From positions 32,616-96,615 of the forward strand of contig CAZKVH010000002.1 of the NCBI GenBank assembly GCA_964556165.1: a DNA stretch of 64,000 bases, given 5' to 3'. Each line of letters opens with the position of its first letter. Within the stretch, counting starts at the first letter, position 1. This stretch comes from an uncultured Actinomycetota bacterium (GTDB lineage: Bacteria > Actinomycetota > Humimicrobiia > Humimicrobiales > Humimicrobiaceae). The position numbers and the translations under genes are program-made. The notes beneath the pieces are model-generated. The model did no database searches, had not been told where the DNA came from, and saw only the letters and a program-made list of their open reading frames with translations. Shown piece after piece: positions 62,863 through 64,000 of the stretch.

Positions 62863-63012
62863 GCTATATACTATTTATGTTGATAGTCTATATAGAAATT
62901 AATCAAGCATCTCGATTTTAAAAAATATTGTTTTTAGTTCTATTTTTTTGGTAAAATATATTTCTGAAGCCAGAGAAAGGGTTTATAGATTAATATTGGA
63001 GGATTTAATATT

Positions 63013-63246
63013 ATGGGTTCTATTTTAATGAATATAGTATTTTCTATACACATGATTGCAAGCATAGGAGTGATACTTCTTATCCTTCTTCATGCAGGAA
63101 GGGGCGGCGGAGTTTCAGGACTGTTTTCTGGAATGGTTGAAACTTTTGATGGAGCAGGTATTGTAGAAAAAAATCTTGACCGCCTTACTATTATACTGGG
63201 AGTAGTTTTTGCAGTGACTACGATAGTTTTATTTATTTTTTTGTAA
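63013..63246 (+). CDS. secG: Preprotein translocase subunit SecG
   Basis: 77 aa with two TM segments and the motif LLHAGRGGGVSGLFSG. Confidence 0.75.
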   Translation: MGSILMNIVFSIHMIASIGVILLILLHAGRGGGVSGLFSGMVETFDGAGIVEKNLDRLTIILGVVFAVTTIVLFIFL

Positions 63247-63338
63247 ATTAATGAATTTGCAGGATGATTATTTTAATTGAAAGGAGGTTTAAAATAAATT
63301 TTTCCTGCATAATGATTATTAAAAAAAAGGAGGCTTAA

Positions 63339-64000
63339 TTGAAAATTAATAGAAAACTTTATGCAGCAATTGTAGTTTTTCTTGTAGTAGCACTTTTGAG
63401 CTCCGTGTTTATTGGATGTAAGAAAGAGGAGAAATCAGGTGGTACAATGAGGCTCTCTCTTCATGAGCCGGTATCTCTGGACCCGCCAAATTCCTACGAA
63501 AGTGAAGGAATACAGGTAATAAGGCAGGTATGGGACGGGCTTATTGACTATGACCCTGAAACACTGGAAGTTGTCCCTGCTATTGCTGAATCATGGGATG
63601 TAAGCGATGACGGGCTTGTTTATACTTTCAATCTTAAGAAAGGTGTTAAATTTCACAGTGGAAGAGAAGTTGTAGCTGATGATTTTGTTTACTCATGGTC
63701 AAGAGTTGCCCAGGCAGAAACTGCATCTTATCTGGCATATCATCTGGACCCTATAGTAGGTTATGACGAGCTTCAGGCTGGCGAAGGAGAAATCCTTGAC
63801 GGTGTAAAAGCACTTGATGATTATACACTGGAAGTAACCCTTAAATATCCTTACGGGGATTTTGTTAAAACACTCGGTCACGTTGTATTTTATCCTGTGG
63901 CTAAAGAAGATATAGAGGAATGGGGAGACCAGTATGCAGAGCACATAAATGGAACAGGTCCATTTAAATTCGTCGAATGGAAGCATGACCAGTACATCGA
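63339..64000 (+). CDS. ABC-transporter substrate-binding lipoprotein, family 5 (OppA/DppA-like), N-terminal part; 3' end outside the window
   Basis: The TTG start at 63339 sits 7 nt after an AAGGAGG RBS. A signal peptide with lipobox FIGC is followed by LHEPVSLDPPNSYESEGIQVIRQVWDGLIDYDPETLEVVPAIAESWDVSDDGLVYTFNLKKGVKFHSG, typical of SBP_bac_5 proteins. Confidence 0.7.
   Translation, partial: MKINRKLYAAIVVFLVVALLSSVFIGCKKEEKSGGTMRLSLHEPVSLDPPNSYESEGIQVIRQVWDGLIDYDPETLEVVPAIAESWDVSDDGLVYTFNLKKGVKFHSGREVVADDFVYSWSRVAQAETASYLAYHLDPIVGYDELQAGEGEILDGVKALDDYTLEVTLKYPYGDFVKTLGHVVFYPVAKEDIEEWGDQYAEHINGTGPFKFVEWKHDQYI

Overview
This is a low-GC (about 30% GC) bacterial chromosomal segment consisting almost entirely of core housekeeping genes. 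Gene content and order (addB-addA, four-S1-domain rpsA, rapZ, the gap-pgk-tpi-gpmI operon) resemble Firmicutes or other anaerobic low-GC lineages, and almost all genes are on the + strand. In order, the window contains: a LivJ-like substrate-binding protein fragment; a DAG-kinase-family lipid kinase; an Asp23-like membrane protein; tRNA-Gly(CCC); a 50-aa ORF translationally coupled to an AddB/AddA-type helicase-nuclease pair; ilvE (-); a NifU-domain-fused mnmA (-); a secreted S1 protease; a branched-chain/serine biosynthesis cluster (ilvB-ilvN-serC-like-serA-leuA-leuC-leuD-cimA-like); a GNAT acetyltransferase (-); yjbQ; a PAS-GGDEF-HD-GYP c-di-GMP enzyme (-) divergent from an orphan PilB/MshE-type ATPase with two MshEN c-di-GMP-binding motifs; dnaE; an opine-dehydrogenase-family gene next to an unidentifiable 543-aa protein; a his operon (hisZ-G-B-H-A-F-IE) lacking hisD and hisC; pfkA; tRNA-Leu(CAA) (-); a frameshifted membrane PAS-GGDEF sensor; polA; rpsA; coaE; uvrB-uvrA-uvrC; a DUF360 holin-like protein; rapZ; gap-pgk-tpiA-gpmI; secG; and the start of an OppA-family substrate-binding lipoprotein. 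I found no transposase or integrase genes, no CRISPR array, and no recognisable defence island. The points most worth a second look are a candidate Leu/Ile/Val-rich leader peptide and attenuator upstream of ilvBN, the c-di-GMP module with an MshEN-domain ATPase, the opine-dehydrogenase plus unknown-enzyme pair, unusual features of the AddAB-like pair, and a frameshift in a GGDEF sensor. All calls come from reading the provided ORF translations and the sequence by eye, with no database searches.
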